From: an uncultured beta proteobacterium
Lineage (GTDB): Bacteria > Pseudomonadota > Gammaproteobacteria > Burkholderiales > SG8-41
DNA: 64,000 bases
Direction: 5' to 3'
Assembly: GCA_963802355.1 (NCBI GenBank)
Contig: CAWDIV010000021.1
Location: 41,847 to 105,846, forward strand
Made by a program: the position numbers and the translations under genes. Shown here piece by piece: positions 28,758 to 37,979 of this stretch (the first letter of the stretch is position 1; each line of letters begins with the position of its first letter). Below the pieces are notes generated by a model. The model made no database searches. It worked only from the letters and a program-made list of their open reading frames with translations, and had not been told where the DNA came from.

Positions 28758-28852
28758 AGCCACAGATAAACACAGATGAACACAGATAAAGCAATTCGTA
28801 CAAGGCCTTCGCCCTGAGCAACATCCGTGTTTATCTGTGTGTATCTGTGGCT
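28758..28852. mobile_element. MITE-like hairpin element, CACAGATAAA-arm family, copy c (shortest)
   Basis: AGCCACAGATAAACACAGATGAACACAGATAAAGC ... GCAACATCCGTGTTTATCTGTGTGTATCTGTGGCT; lies between convergent genes. Confidence 0.75.
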
Positions 28853-28899
28853 AAGTCGTGCTTTTTCGTTTTTTAGATAGGTTCCAATCGGCCGTTTCG

Positions 28900-30066
28900 T
28901 CACTTCTGCTCGATATGCAAGAAGCGCCGGTCGAGGTCCGTTATGCCGCGCGCGCCCAGCAACGCCATCACACGGTCGATTTCCTCGCGGAATATGGCGA
29001 TCGCACGGGCTGCCCCCGCCTCGCCACCTGCGGCGACACCATACAAGGGGGCACGGCCGATGAGCACGGCACTGGCTCCTAGGGCTAGCGCCTTTACCAC
29101 GTCTGCGCCGCGCCTGAAGCCGCTGTCCACCATGACGGTGAGCCGTTTGCCCGCCGCAGCCAGGATTTCCGGCAGCATATCGATCGGCGCCATGGAGCTG
29201 TCCAGATTGCGGCCGCCATGGTTCGAAACGATTACCGCGTCGGCGCCGCTGTCAGCGGCCAGGACGGCGTCTTGCGGATGCAGTATCCCCTTGACCATCA
29301 GTACCCCCGGCCACAGCCTGCGCAGCACCCGCACGTCGTTCCAATTCAGGCTGTCGTTCTTCAGGATGGATTTCTTGAGCGTGCGCGCCATCAAGCCGTC
29401 CATGATCTCGGGCGGGTAGTTCTCAAAGCGCGGCATGCCGTTCGTCAGCAACTGGCGCAGGAAAACCTGCGCGAGCCAGCGCGGGCGGCTCAGCACGTCG
29501 GTGACGTTGCGGGCGTTGAAATGGATCGGGATCTCGAACCCGTTGCGGCGGTTGTACTCCCGGTTGCCGGGTACGGCGCCGTCCACCGTTACCATGAGCG
29601 CCTCGCACCCAATCGCCTTCGCGCGTTCCACGATCTTGTGTGAGAGCGCGCGCTCCGACCACATGTAGAGTTGAAACCACAGCCGCCCGCCGGCCCGCTC
29701 GGCGATCGCCTCCATCGAGGTCATCGAATTGGTCGCGACGGTAAACGGGATCCCCGCGGCGGCGGCGGCCCGCGCCACGCCGATCTCGCCGTCGTGCGCG
29801 AGCAGGCCCGCCGTCCCCGTAGGTCCGACGACGATCGGCATCGGTTGCTTGCGTCCGAACAGCGTGATCTCCTGACTGCGCCCGGATACGTTCACCAGAG
29901 TGCGCGGCTTCAGCCCGATGCGCGCGAGCGCGCTGCGATTGTTATGGAGCGCTACTTCGTCCTCAGTGCCGCGATCCACGAATTCGAACACACCCTTCGG
30001 CAACCTTCGCCGCGCCATTTCCCGCAGGTCGGCGATGTTGTACGCACCCAGCGTTTTATCCGTCAT
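28900..30066 (-). CDS. FMN-dependent alpha-hydroxy-acid dehydrogenase/oxidase (L-lactate/glycolate/mandelate dehydrogenase family)
   Basis: 388 aa; VSNHGGRNLD and the GRAPLYG C-terminal motifs typical of the family. Confidence 0.88.
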   Translation of the reverse strand: MTDKTLGAYNIADLREMARRRLPKGVFEFVDRGTEDEVALHNNRSALARIGLKPRTLVNVSGRSQEITLFGRKQPMPIVVGPTGTAGLLAHDGEIGVARAAAAAGIPFTVATNSMTSMEAIAERAGGRLWFQLYMWSERALSHKIVERAKAIGCEALMVTVDGAVPGNREYNRRNGFEIPIHFNARNVTDVLSRPRWLAQVFLRQLLTNGMPRFENYPPEIMDGLMARTLKKSILKNDSLNWNDVRVLRRLWPGVLMVKGILHPQDAVLAADSGADAVIVSNHGGRNLDSSMAPIDMLPEILAAAGKRLTVMVDSGFRRGADVVKALALGASAVLIGRAPLYGVAAGGEAGAARAIAIFREEIDRVMALLGARGITDLDRRFLHIEQK

Positions 30067-30322
30067 ATGGCCCCCCTACCGGCAATGATGTCAGAGTTGG
30101 CGCATGCCGATCAAACATAGCGGTGCGAGGACGCGCCCGTAAATCATCTAAGTTGTCCCGCCGATCGTCTTACCCGCGCGTAGTGCGGTCGCTACACTGT
30201 CTTTCGAGACACCTACAAGAAAATCACAGTTCGCGTGATGGTGCGTCCGATCGTAAACGCCTACTCTAAGCGCCGTGATTCAAGGTGTTGATTCATTTTT
30301 TCAAACATACCGAGGAGCCCTC

Positions 30323-30544
30323 ATGAGCCAGGACATGCCGGATTTTTCGAATGTGCAAGGCGGCTCGAGTTCGACTGCGACGAAGATCTACGTAGTGGTT
30401 TCCGGCGACAGTCTCTCGAAGATCGCCAAGCGCGAGTATGGCAACGCCAGCGAGTGGAAGCGAATCTACGAAGCTAACCGGGACATCCTCAAAGATCCGG
30501 ACAAAATCTATCCCGGCCAGAAGCTAAAGATCCCGCCGCTTTAG
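30323..30544 (+). CDS. Small LysM-domain protein
   Basis: YVVVSGDSLSKIAKREYGNASEWKRIYEANRDILKDPDKIYPGQKLKIP is a canonical LysM; start at MSQDMPDF after GGAG. Confidence 0.8.
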   Translation: MSQDMPDFSNVQGGSSSTATKIYVVVSGDSLSKIAKREYGNASEWKRIYEANRDILKDPDKIYPGQKLKIPPL

Positions 30545-30569
30545 CGCGAGGACCTCTCCAACTCAAACG

Positions 30570-31061
30570 ATGGATAGAATGCCAATGCAAAACAAATACG
30601 TACTCGGTATGCTCGCCGCGCTGGTCCTGGCGCTCAATGCCTGCGGCAAGAAGGAAGAGGCTCCGAAACCCGCACCGGTCCCGCCGCCGACATCGGCACC
30701 CGCGCCAGTTCCGCCATCTCCAACGGCAGGTGTCACGGTTGCTACGATCACTTTGGGCAACGCAATCGGTACCGACAGGAAGGTTACACAAACTTCCGAC
30801 ACCTTTGGCAGGAAAGATACGATCTACGCTTCTGTCGCTACGACCGGCGCCGGTACCGCGACGCTAAAAGCGAAGTGGACGTACCGAAAGAACGATCAGC
30901 AAGCCTTAGTGATGGAAGATACGCAGACGATCCAGCCGACGGGTCCTGCCACCAGCGAATTCCACGTCAGCAAGCCGGATGGATGGCCGGTAGGCGACTA
31001 CCAAGTGGAGATACTGATGGACGACAAGCCGGCCGGCACCAAGACCTTTTCCGTAAAGTAA
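30570..31061 (+). CDS. Lipoprotein, function unknown
   Basis: Lipobox LALNAC followed by a Pro/Ala-rich linker. Confidence 0.7.
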   Translation: MDRMPMQNKYVLGMLAALVLALNACGKKEEAPKPAPVPPPTSAPAPVPPSPTAGVTVATITLGNAIGTDRKVTQTSDTFGRKDTIYASVATTGAGTATLKAKWTYRKNDQQALVMEDTQTIQPTGPATSEFHVSKPDGWPVGDYQVEILMDDKPAGTKTFSVK

Positions 31062-31088
31062 TCTTTGTTTAAACCAAAGGAGAATCAC

Positions 31089-31457
31089 ATGGAAACCACC
31101 GCACACGACACACCTTCGACTTCTGGATTTTCGAGCAATACCGAAGCCACTTTAGGCAAGGCATCCTCGAGCGCCCACGCCGCTGTCGATTCGATTGCCG
31201 GGGCAGCAGACGAGGCGGCACGCAAGGCGAGACCCGCGATCGACCGGGCCGCGGCCATCGCTCATCAGGCCGTGGACAAGGCCGCCGGCGCTGCCGGACC
31301 GGCAGCCGACTGGGTGACCGCGCAAGGCGAAAGTCTAACCGCGACACAGAAAAAACTGATTGCGGATACGTGCAGTTACGTTTCGGCTAACCCTCTGAAG
31401 TCTCTTGGGTTTGCCGTGCTTGCGGGATTTCTGTTGAGCCGCATCATCCTGAAATAA
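31089..31457 (+). CDS. ElaB/YqjD/DUF883-family membrane-anchored stress protein
   Basis: Ala-rich helical N-region and the C-terminal tail NPLKSLGFAVLAGFLLSRIIL; AAGGAG upstream. Confidence 0.8.
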   Translation: METTAHDTPSTSGFSSNTEATLGKASSSAHAAVDSIAGAADEAARKARPAIDRAAAIAHQAVDKAAGAAGPAADWVTAQGESLTATQKKLIADTCSYVSANPLKSLGFAVLAGFLLSRIILK

Positions 31458-31534
31458 TGTTGTTCGCGATTCGCAACGCGTGGCACCTCCATTGTCTCTC
31501 TAGCGCGGTGCCTCCGGGGGGCGGTGGGGCGGCC

Positions 31535-31957
31535 ATGCATGACGCCCAGGCGGAAAGTGGTGAAGGCCGCGCAGAGGCGCGCGTGCCGACGCCCGGCGTG
31601 CTCGACGAGTTGTCGCACCTGCTTGCGTCGGCACGCGCCGTGCTTTCGAATTTCCTCGAACTGATGTCGTTGGAGGCCCGTCGCGCCGGCCTGGCGCTTA
31701 TGTGGATGGTTGCATGGGGGTTCATCGCGGCTATTTGCCTTGCAGCGGCATGGCTGGGTTTGATGGCCGCGCTTGCGATGTGGGCTGTTTCACTCGGTGT
31801 GCCCCCGATAGTCGCGGTGATCGCGGTCGCAGTGATGAATTGCGTTGCCGGCGCCGTTCTGATTTACCTGTGCATCGGCATGAGCCGCCACCTGCTTTTC
31901 TCCGCAACCCAACGGCAGGTAGCGGGTAAATCCCCCGTCAAGCCACCCGTGCCATGA
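31535..31957 (+). CDS. YqjE-like (phage-holin-family/DUF1469) membrane protein
   Basis: LELMSLEARRAGLALMWM followed by two TM helices; start uncertain (31457-31535). Confidence 0.65.
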   Translation: MHDAQAESGEGRAEARVPTPGVLDELSHLLASARAVLSNFLELMSLEARRAGLALMWMVAWGFIAAICLAAAWLGLMAALAMWAVSLGVPPIVAVIAVAVMNCVAGAVLIYLCIGMSRHLLFSATQRQVAGKSPVKPPVP

Positions 31958-32319
31958 CGCGAGCGCCCACTCTGGATGCGATCTATGCGGCTGAACTCAG
32001 GGTTGCGCAATCCAAGCAAGCCACCCTGGACAGCTTGCGAAGCGTGCGAGTTGCGTTCCGTGCGACCCTCGCACGGCCATCTACGTTGGCCCTGGTTGTG
32101 GGGGCGGGAGGCCTATTAGGCATGTGGCTCGCACGCCGGCCGCAAGCTACAGCCAGATCCGATGCCGGGGGCGGTGCGACGAGTGCCTCCACTATAGGTC
32201 TCGTGCTCGCATTTATCGGTCGTTACATGATGCGGCGTTTACCTTTTATTCTTCGGGAAGTCTGGGCGGCGCAGCCGAAACGCGCGACTCGAGTCTGCCC
32301 CGATATGTCGAAATTGTAG
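31954..32319 (+). CDS. YqjK-like protein
   Basis: 121 aa overlapping the previous stop by 4 nt; single TM (LALVVGAGGLLGMWL); position after the YqjD/YqjE homologues. Confidence 0.6.
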   Translation: MTRAPTLDAIYAAELRVAQSKQATLDSLRSVRVAFRATLARPSTLALVVGAGGLLGMWLARRPQATARSDAGGGATSASTIGLVLAFIGRYMMRRLPFILREVWAAQPKRATRVCPDMSKL

Positions 32320-32413
32320 GCATACGCTGTTCCGCGACCGGTGGGCGCCATTGAGAACGCAGGCCAGTTCAGGCTTGACGCAGGTTGCTAGTGCAACAAA
32401 CCGCTTGCGGCCA

Positions 32414-34069
32414 ATGCCTCAGCATTCAACGTCAAGGTCATCACCAACGCCTGAATCACGCATGCCTCTAGCAAGCCCACTCCAGAGCATCTTCGAGGAG
32501 GGCCGCAATTGCCGGCGCGTTGCTGATGCGGATAGGGTCGCGTTCGTCGTCGACGGCGACGATTATTTCAAGATGTTCATGGCCGCCGCCGAGCGCGCGC
32601 GGCAATCGATCATCGTCGTCGCATGGGACTTCAACAGCAATTGCCGCCTCGACACAGAATGTGACAACAAGGATCCGCGCGCGAAGCTCGGGGAATATCT
32701 AAACTATCTGGCGCGCCGGCGGCGCGGCCTGCACATTCACGTCCTGGACTGGGACTTCCCGATGATCTACGCCAAGGATCGGGAGGCGCCCGTGAAGGTG
32801 CGGCTGGGATGGGGTTGGAAACCGCATCGCCGCGTGCATCTCGAGTTCGACAACACGCATCCGCCTGGAGGGTCGCATCATCAGAAAATCGTCGTCATCG
32901 ACGATGCGATCGCGTTCTGTGGCGGGCTCGACCTTACCTGCCAGCGCTGGGACACCTCCGCCCATACGCCATGCGATCCCCACCGGGTCGTGGCCGACCA
33001 GCCTTATCCGCCGTTCCACGATCTGATGATCGCGGTCGACGGCGAAGCGGCGCGAGAGCTCAGCCGCATCGCGCGCGAGCGCTGGCGGGCGTCGACCGGA
33101 AAGGAGATACCTCCTGTCCACTCTGGGGAGGATCCGTGGCCGCCCGATCTCGAGCCGTCACTTACCAAGCTGCCGGTGGCCATCGCCGTCACCGCTCCGG
33201 AATCGGAGCCACATAAGGGAACGCGCGAAGTCGAAGCGCTCTACCTCGACATGATCGCGCGCGCAAAGCGCTATATCTATATCGAGAACCAGTACTTTAC
33301 GGCGCACACGATCGGCGAGGCCCTTGCGGCGCGCCTCCGGGAACGGGGAGGTCCCGAGATCGTGGTAGTCACCCGGCTGCTGAGTCACGGCTGGCTGGAG
33401 GAGTACACGATGGGCGTGCTGAGAAGCAAGATGGTCGAGCGCCTCCGCGAGGCGGACGCCGACCGGCGCTTCAACGTCTACTACCCCGAGATGCCCGGCC
33501 TGCCGGAGGGCACGTGCATCGATGTGCACTCGAAGATGATGGCTGTGGACGATGAATGGTTGCGCATCGGCTCCGCGAACATCAATAACCGCTCCATGGG
33601 CGTCGATACCGAATGCGATCTCGCAATCGAAGCCGGCGGGCGCGCCGAAATCGCCAGCGCCATCCGCAAGTTTCGCGACCGGCTCCTTTCCGAGCACCTC
33701 GGCGTCACGCAAGAGGAGATAGAGCGGGAGACGGCAGCGCAAGACTCGATCGCCGGCGCAATCGAGACGCTCCGGCGACCGGGGCGGACGTTGAAGCGCC
33801 TGGAAGTCGAACATTACTCCGACGTCACGCTCAGCGTTGCCGAGATGACCGACCCGGAGCAAGCGGTCGGGCTGGACAAGCTGAAGGCGCTGTTCTCGTT
33901 CGGCGCCGAATTTCATTCCGTACCGCGACCGATTCGCAAAGTGCTGCCCTTCGCCCTGCTGGCTGGATCGCTTGTCCTGCTGTGGCGCTTCACCCCCCTA
34001 CGCGACGGACTGCGCATCGGCCGGCCGGAATCCTTGGCAGCACGGCTGTGGAAAAAACTGCGCGGTTAG
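32414..34069 (+). CDS. Phospholipase D / cardiolipin-synthase-like protein with two HKD motifs and a C-terminal TM helix
   Basis: HHQKIVVIDD and HSKMMAVDDEWLRIGSANINNRS; start uncertain (32351, 32414 or 32462). Confidence 0.85.
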   Translation: MPQHSTSRSSPTPESRMPLASPLQSIFEEGRNCRRVADADRVAFVVDGDDYFKMFMAAAERARQSIIVVAWDFNSNCRLDTECDNKDPRAKLGEYLNYLARRRRGLHIHVLDWDFPMIYAKDREAPVKVRLGWGWKPHRRVHLEFDNTHPPGGSHHQKIVVIDDAIAFCGGLDLTCQRWDTSAHTPCDPHRVVADQPYPPFHDLMIAVDGEAARELSRIARERWRASTGKEIPPVHSGEDPWPPDLEPSLTKLPVAIAVTAPESEPHKGTREVEALYLDMIARAKRYIYIENQYFTAHTIGEALAARLRERGGPEIVVVTRLLSHGWLEEYTMGVLRSKMVERLREADADRRFNVYYPEMPGLPEGTCIDVHSKMMAVDDEWLRIGSANINNRSMGVDTECDLAIEAGGRAEIASAIRKFRDRLLSEHLGVTQEEIERETAAQDSIAGAIETLRRPGRTLKRLEVEHYSDVTLSVAEMTDPEQAVGLDKLKALFSFGAEFHSVPRPIRKVLPFALLAGSLVLLWRFTPLRDGLRIGRPESLAARLWKKLRG

Positions 34070-34134
34070 AACTTCAACGACGCGCAGCATGCGGCTCTAG
34101 GCCCAGGCATAGGGCGGGTAGCGGGTATACTTGA

Positions 34135-35634
34135 ATGATGAGACACCGCATCGATCCAGAGGGCGAGCGGCTTCCGGTCAAGCTCGACACCACTTCCAAC
34201 GGCGAATTCGCGCCCGTCGCACTCTCTCCGGCCAACCTCGCCGCCAACCGCCTCGCGCATGAGACGGCGACCCGCAACGCGAAGCGCCTGGGCGTCGGCC
34301 GCCGCGATTTCCTCCTGAGCGCGTGCGGCGCGGCGAGCACGCTGCTCGCATTCAACGCGGCCAACGCGGCAGCAGGCAAGCGCGGCGGCTGGTTCGACAT
34401 TGAAGCCGAAGCGGCCGTCGATTCGCAACTCGCCGCCGCGAGGCTGGGCCGCAAGGGATTCATCTTCGACGTGCAAGGCCACTTCGTCGACCCCACCGGC
34501 GCGTGGGTCAAGACGGCGTCGCCGAACGCGTTCAAGTGGTCGCCCAAGGCGGGCTGCGGGCTCTCCAACCAGCCGGGCGAGCGCAGTTATTTGAACTGCC
34601 TCGGGCCCGACGAATTCGTGAAGGATGTATTCCTCGACAGCGACACCGACCTGATGGTGCTCTCCTTCGTGCCCTCCACGCGCGAAGCCGAGCCTCTCAC
34701 CATACAGACGGCCGACGCCGTGCGCCGGATCGTGGACCGCATGGAGGGCACGCACCGCCTGCTGCTCCATGGCCGCGTCAACCCGAACCAGGCCGGAGAT
34801 CTGGAAGGGATGGACGAGCTGAAGGAGCGCTGGGGCGTTTCTGCCTGGAAGACCTATACCCAGTTCGGTCCCGGCGGCAAAGGCTACTTCCTGTCAGATG
34901 ACGTAGGGACGCGCTTCATCGAGAAGGCGCGGGCGCTCGGCGTCAAGGTGATCTGCGTGCACAAGGGCCTGCCGTTCGGCAAACAGTCCTACGAGCACAG
35001 CCAGTGCAGCGACGTCGGTGTCGTCGCGAAGCGCTTCCCCGACGTCGCCTTTCTCATTTACCACTCGGGATTCGTCACCGGCCATCCCGAGCGCCCATTC
35101 GAGGAAGCGGCCGCTCGCAGCCGGGCCGGCCGCGGGGCGGACGACGGTATCGATACCCTGATCCGGTCGCTCGTCGAAAACGAGGTCAAGCCGGGGAGCA
35201 ATGTCTACGCGGAGCTGGGCAGCACGTGGCGCTTCCTCATGCGTGATCCCGACAGCGCCGCGCACGCCTTGGGCAAGCTTCTCAGGTATTGCGGCGAGGA
35301 CAATGTGCTCTGGGGCACCGACTCGATTTGGTACGGCTCGCCCCAGGACCAGATTCAGGCGTTTCGCACGTTCCAGATCTCACCCGAGCTGCGCGCGAGG
35401 CACGGTTATCCGGAAATCACCCCGGCGCTGCGGGCCAAGATCTTCGGGTTGAACGCCACGAAGGTGTACCCGGTGAGCGCTGAGCTGATGCGCAAGCTGG
35501 CGTACGACGACCGCATTGCCCGCGAGCGTCTCGAGTACCGCGAGCATCCCGAGCCACATTACCTCACCTACGGGCCCAGGACGCGGCGGGAATTCCTCAA
35601 CTTACTGCGCTGGAACGGCGGGCCGGGCGCCTAG
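34135..35634 (+). CDS. Tat-exported amidohydrolase-family (TIM-barrel metal hydrolase) protein
   Basis: 499 aa; GRRDFLLSACGAASTLLAF twin-arginine leader; VHKGLP, LIYHSG and WGTDS motifs. Confidence 0.8.
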   Translation: MMRHRIDPEGERLPVKLDTTSNGEFAPVALSPANLAANRLAHETATRNAKRLGVGRRDFLLSACGAASTLLAFNAANAAAGKRGGWFDIEAEAAVDSQLAAARLGRKGFIFDVQGHFVDPTGAWVKTASPNAFKWSPKAGCGLSNQPGERSYLNCLGPDEFVKDVFLDSDTDLMVLSFVPSTREAEPLTIQTADAVRRIVDRMEGTHRLLLHGRVNPNQAGDLEGMDELKERWGVSAWKTYTQFGPGGKGYFLSDDVGTRFIEKARALGVKVICVHKGLPFGKQSYEHSQCSDVGVVAKRFPDVAFLIYHSGFVTGHPERPFEEAAARSRAGRGADDGIDTLIRSLVENEVKPGSNVYAELGSTWRFLMRDPDSAAHALGKLLRYCGEDNVLWGTDSIWYGSPQDQIQAFRTFQISPELRARHGYPEITPALRAKIFGLNATKVYPVSAELMRKLAYDDRIARERLEYREHPEPHYLTYGPRTRREFLNLLRWNGGPGA

Positions 35635-35652
35635 GGCGTTCCCCGCCGCTAC

Positions 35653-36489
35653 TCAGTGCGCAAAAAACGCCAGCGCGCGCGCCTCGATGCTCTGCCGCGG
35701 CGGCGCACCCGGCGGCGAGCCGGGATCCTCGAACGACGTGTGCGGCGTGAAGCGCGCACGCCCGTCCTTTGCCGAATCGAATACCTTGAACACCAGCGCT
35801 TCATCGCGCCGCATCTGCGGAAAGTAAACCCAGCGGTGCGCCGGGTTGTAGCGCAGGCGGTAGGTCTGGCCGACGCGGTTGGGATAGCGGCGCTCGGCAA
35901 CCATCAAGTCCTCGGGAGCGACGCTCGCCGCATCGGCGAGCGCCAGCGGATTGGCCTGTATCGGCTGGTTGATGGCGCGCCACACCTGGATGATTGCGAA
36001 GCGGTGCTCGAGCAGCGCCTCCGCCTCATCCGGCAGAAGATCCCGCACGCGTTGCGGCCCTGACCATTCGGTGTAGTCGTTGTGCGCCGACAACACCGGC
36101 TCGCGGATCAGCCGCGCTTCCCGCTCCGACTCGTCTCCCGAGCGCAGCGTATGGTCGAATAACACTACCCGCTCGGCGCCTGAAGCCGACTTGATCAACC
36201 GCTCTACTTCCGGGTAGTACACCGACTCCAGTTGCTGCCGATCGAAGAAATCCTTGACCGCCGTCTTGTGCTCGACGAAAACGAACCCGTTACGGTCGAG
36301 CGAGAACCCGTCTGCAACCGAGCGCCCGTTGCGGATGATCATCGGACGCGAGTCCACGGTGCCGTTCTTGCGGCGGCGTATATTGTTCGGGCCGAAAGTC
36401 TCGTTCACGAGCTTCTCGCCCGTATCGACCGTATAGGGAATCTCGGCGGTTACAGTTTCGCGAACGGCGGGACTCTGGACTGATTGCAT
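35653..36489 (-). CDS. CmcJ/NvfI-family oxidoreductase-like protein
   Basis: 278 aa; resembles the family by eye (…HNDYT…QVWRAIN…DLMVAERRY…). Confidence 0.6.
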   Translation of the reverse strand: MQSVQSPAVRETVTAEIPYTVDTGEKLVNETFGPNNIRRRKNGTVDSRPMIIRNGRSVADGFSLDRNGFVFVEHKTAVKDFFDRQQLESVYYPEVERLIKSASGAERVVLFDHTLRSGDESEREARLIREPVLSAHNDYTEWSGPQRVRDLLPDEAEALLEHRFAIIQVWRAINQPIQANPLALADAASVAPEDLMVAERRYPNRVGQTYRLRYNPAHRWVYFPQMRRDEALVFKVFDSAKDGRARFTPHTSFEDPGSPPGAPPRQSIEARALAFFAH

Positions 36490-36557
36490 GATGGGCGCTC
36501 CTTTAGCTTATCTTACCCCGCTTGTCTAACTCCTGCGAAACGCGAGAAACTTGAGAC

Positions 36558-36929
36558 ATGGTCAAGCACACAGGAGGTTGTCATTGCGGGCGGGTGCGAT
36601 TTGAGGCGATCGCACCGGCGAGCATCACCGTGTCCGAATGCAATTGCTCGATGTGCAGCAAGGCAGGCTACCTGCATCTTATCGTCCCGGCTGACCGCTT
36701 CAATCTCGTGAGCGGCCGCGACGTCCTCACCACTTACACCTTCAATACGCGGACCGCGAAGCACCTGTTCTGCTCGGTGTGCGGCGTCAAGTCGTTCTAC
36801 GTGCCGCGCTCCCATCCCGACGGCTTCAGCGTGAACGCGCGCTGCCTCGACCCCGGCACCGTCGAGAGCATGACCGTCCAGCCGTTCAACGGCAGGGAAT
36901 GGGAAAAGGCAGTTGCAGAAAGACAATGA
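36558..36929 (+). CDS. GFA (glutathione-dependent formaldehyde-activating)/CENP-V-family zinc protein
   Basis: GGCHCGRVRFE ... CNCSMC ... FCSVCG cysteine pattern. Confidence 0.88.
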   Translation: MVKHTGGCHCGRVRFEAIAPASITVSECNCSMCSKAGYLHLIVPADRFNLVSGRDVLTTYTFNTRTAKHLFCSVCGVKSFYVPRSHPDGFSVNARCLDPGTVESMTVQPFNGREWEKAVAERQ

Positions 36930-36973
36930 TTCATGTCAACAGGCTGGCCGCCTCATGAGCTACGGCCAGAATC

Positions 36974-37234
36974 TCAGTCGAGAAAATAGCGATCGCGCAA
37001 GGTTGCTTCCCCCTTGTCCGTGATCTTCACCCCATTGGCTTGAAGGCTGGCAAGTTTGAGCGCCAGCAATTCGTTGTAACCCTTCTGAAAGCCCTGCGGC
37101 GCCTCGGGGCCGCCATGATCGGCGCGATGCAAAAATCCCAGGAGCGCCAATCCCTCTGGGGACAAACTCGGAATCACGGATCCTCGGCAAGAGAGGGCTT
37201 GAATGATCCTGGCATTGTTGCCGATCAGTTGCAC
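36974..37234 (-). CDS. Hypothetical protein (86 aa)
   Basis: ORF only, in a locally less GC-rich stretch. Confidence 0.35.
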   Translation of the reverse strand: MQLIGNNARIIQALSCRGSVIPSLSPEGLALLGFLHRADHGGPEAPQGFQKGYNELLALKLASLQANGVKITDKGEATLRDRYFLD

Positions 37235-37455
37235 TGCGTCTGTGCGTTAGCACGCATTGCGCAATGCGATAAGTGGCATCCAGATGTCAAGGCGACGGTG
37301 CGCCCCTCCCTATACCCAGGCAAGTGCCCCGCGGCCGCGCGTCCATATCGCGCTACGCGGTCCGGGTCAGCAGCAGCGCGGCGAGCTGAATCCCGAGAAA
37401 TTAGGTTCCATTAGCGGACCTAATTTCGATTCCCTCAAATCAATATCCGACTATT

Positions 37456-37674
37456 ATGGGCGCACCGATTCCCTTCCTGGTGCGCCGAGCGCGTAAGGAG
37501 AATCTCTGTCGGCACTGGTCGGACATGTCTTCGTGCGACATCATGTGCGCGACCTGCGGCCATCCCTGCGCGCTTCACGAGTCCTATGCCCCCGGCCCGT
37601 GCTTTGAGGAGGGCTGCACCTGCGTGGCGTTTCTGGAGCCGCGAGCGGCAATACGACCAACGAGGACGGGATAA
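37456..37674 (+). CDS. Small Cys-rich hypothetical protein
   Basis: CDIMCATCGHPC...PCFEEGCTC, a zinc-ribbon-like spacing; ORF only. Confidence 0.35.
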   Translation: MGAPIPFLVRRARKENLCRHWSDMSSCDIMCATCGHPCALHESYAPGPCFEEGCTCVAFLEPRAAIRPTRTG

Positions 37675-37700
37675 AAGCGGAAAGTTGACCGCTAGTTAAT

Positions 37701-37916
37701 TTGAAACAAATCGAGATGACGGCAATGATCGTCTATTCTTGGTGCGTCACGGATCGGCACGCTGGTTCCGAAGCTGCCCGGCGCATACCGAAGTGGAAGA
37801 TGACTGAAGAAGAAGCTGCGAGCTGGGCCGCTAGAGCGGGGGTAGAAGTCGAGAAAATTGAAGGCTCGGAGGAAATGCTGCGAGCCCCAAGCACACCCGA
37901 CAAAAAGGCCAGCTAG
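37701..37916 (+). CDS. Small hypothetical protein
   Basis: ORF only, directly downstream of the Cys-rich ORF. Confidence 0.35.
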   Translation: MKQIEMTAMIVYSWCVTDRHAGSEAARRIPKWKMTEEEAASWAARAGVEVEKIEGSEEMLRAPSTPDKKAS

Positions 37917-37979
37917 ATTTCACTCGACACTCATTCCTGGAGATTTCTTCCCCCAGTCGCCCTCGTCCCTCGCGCTCGG

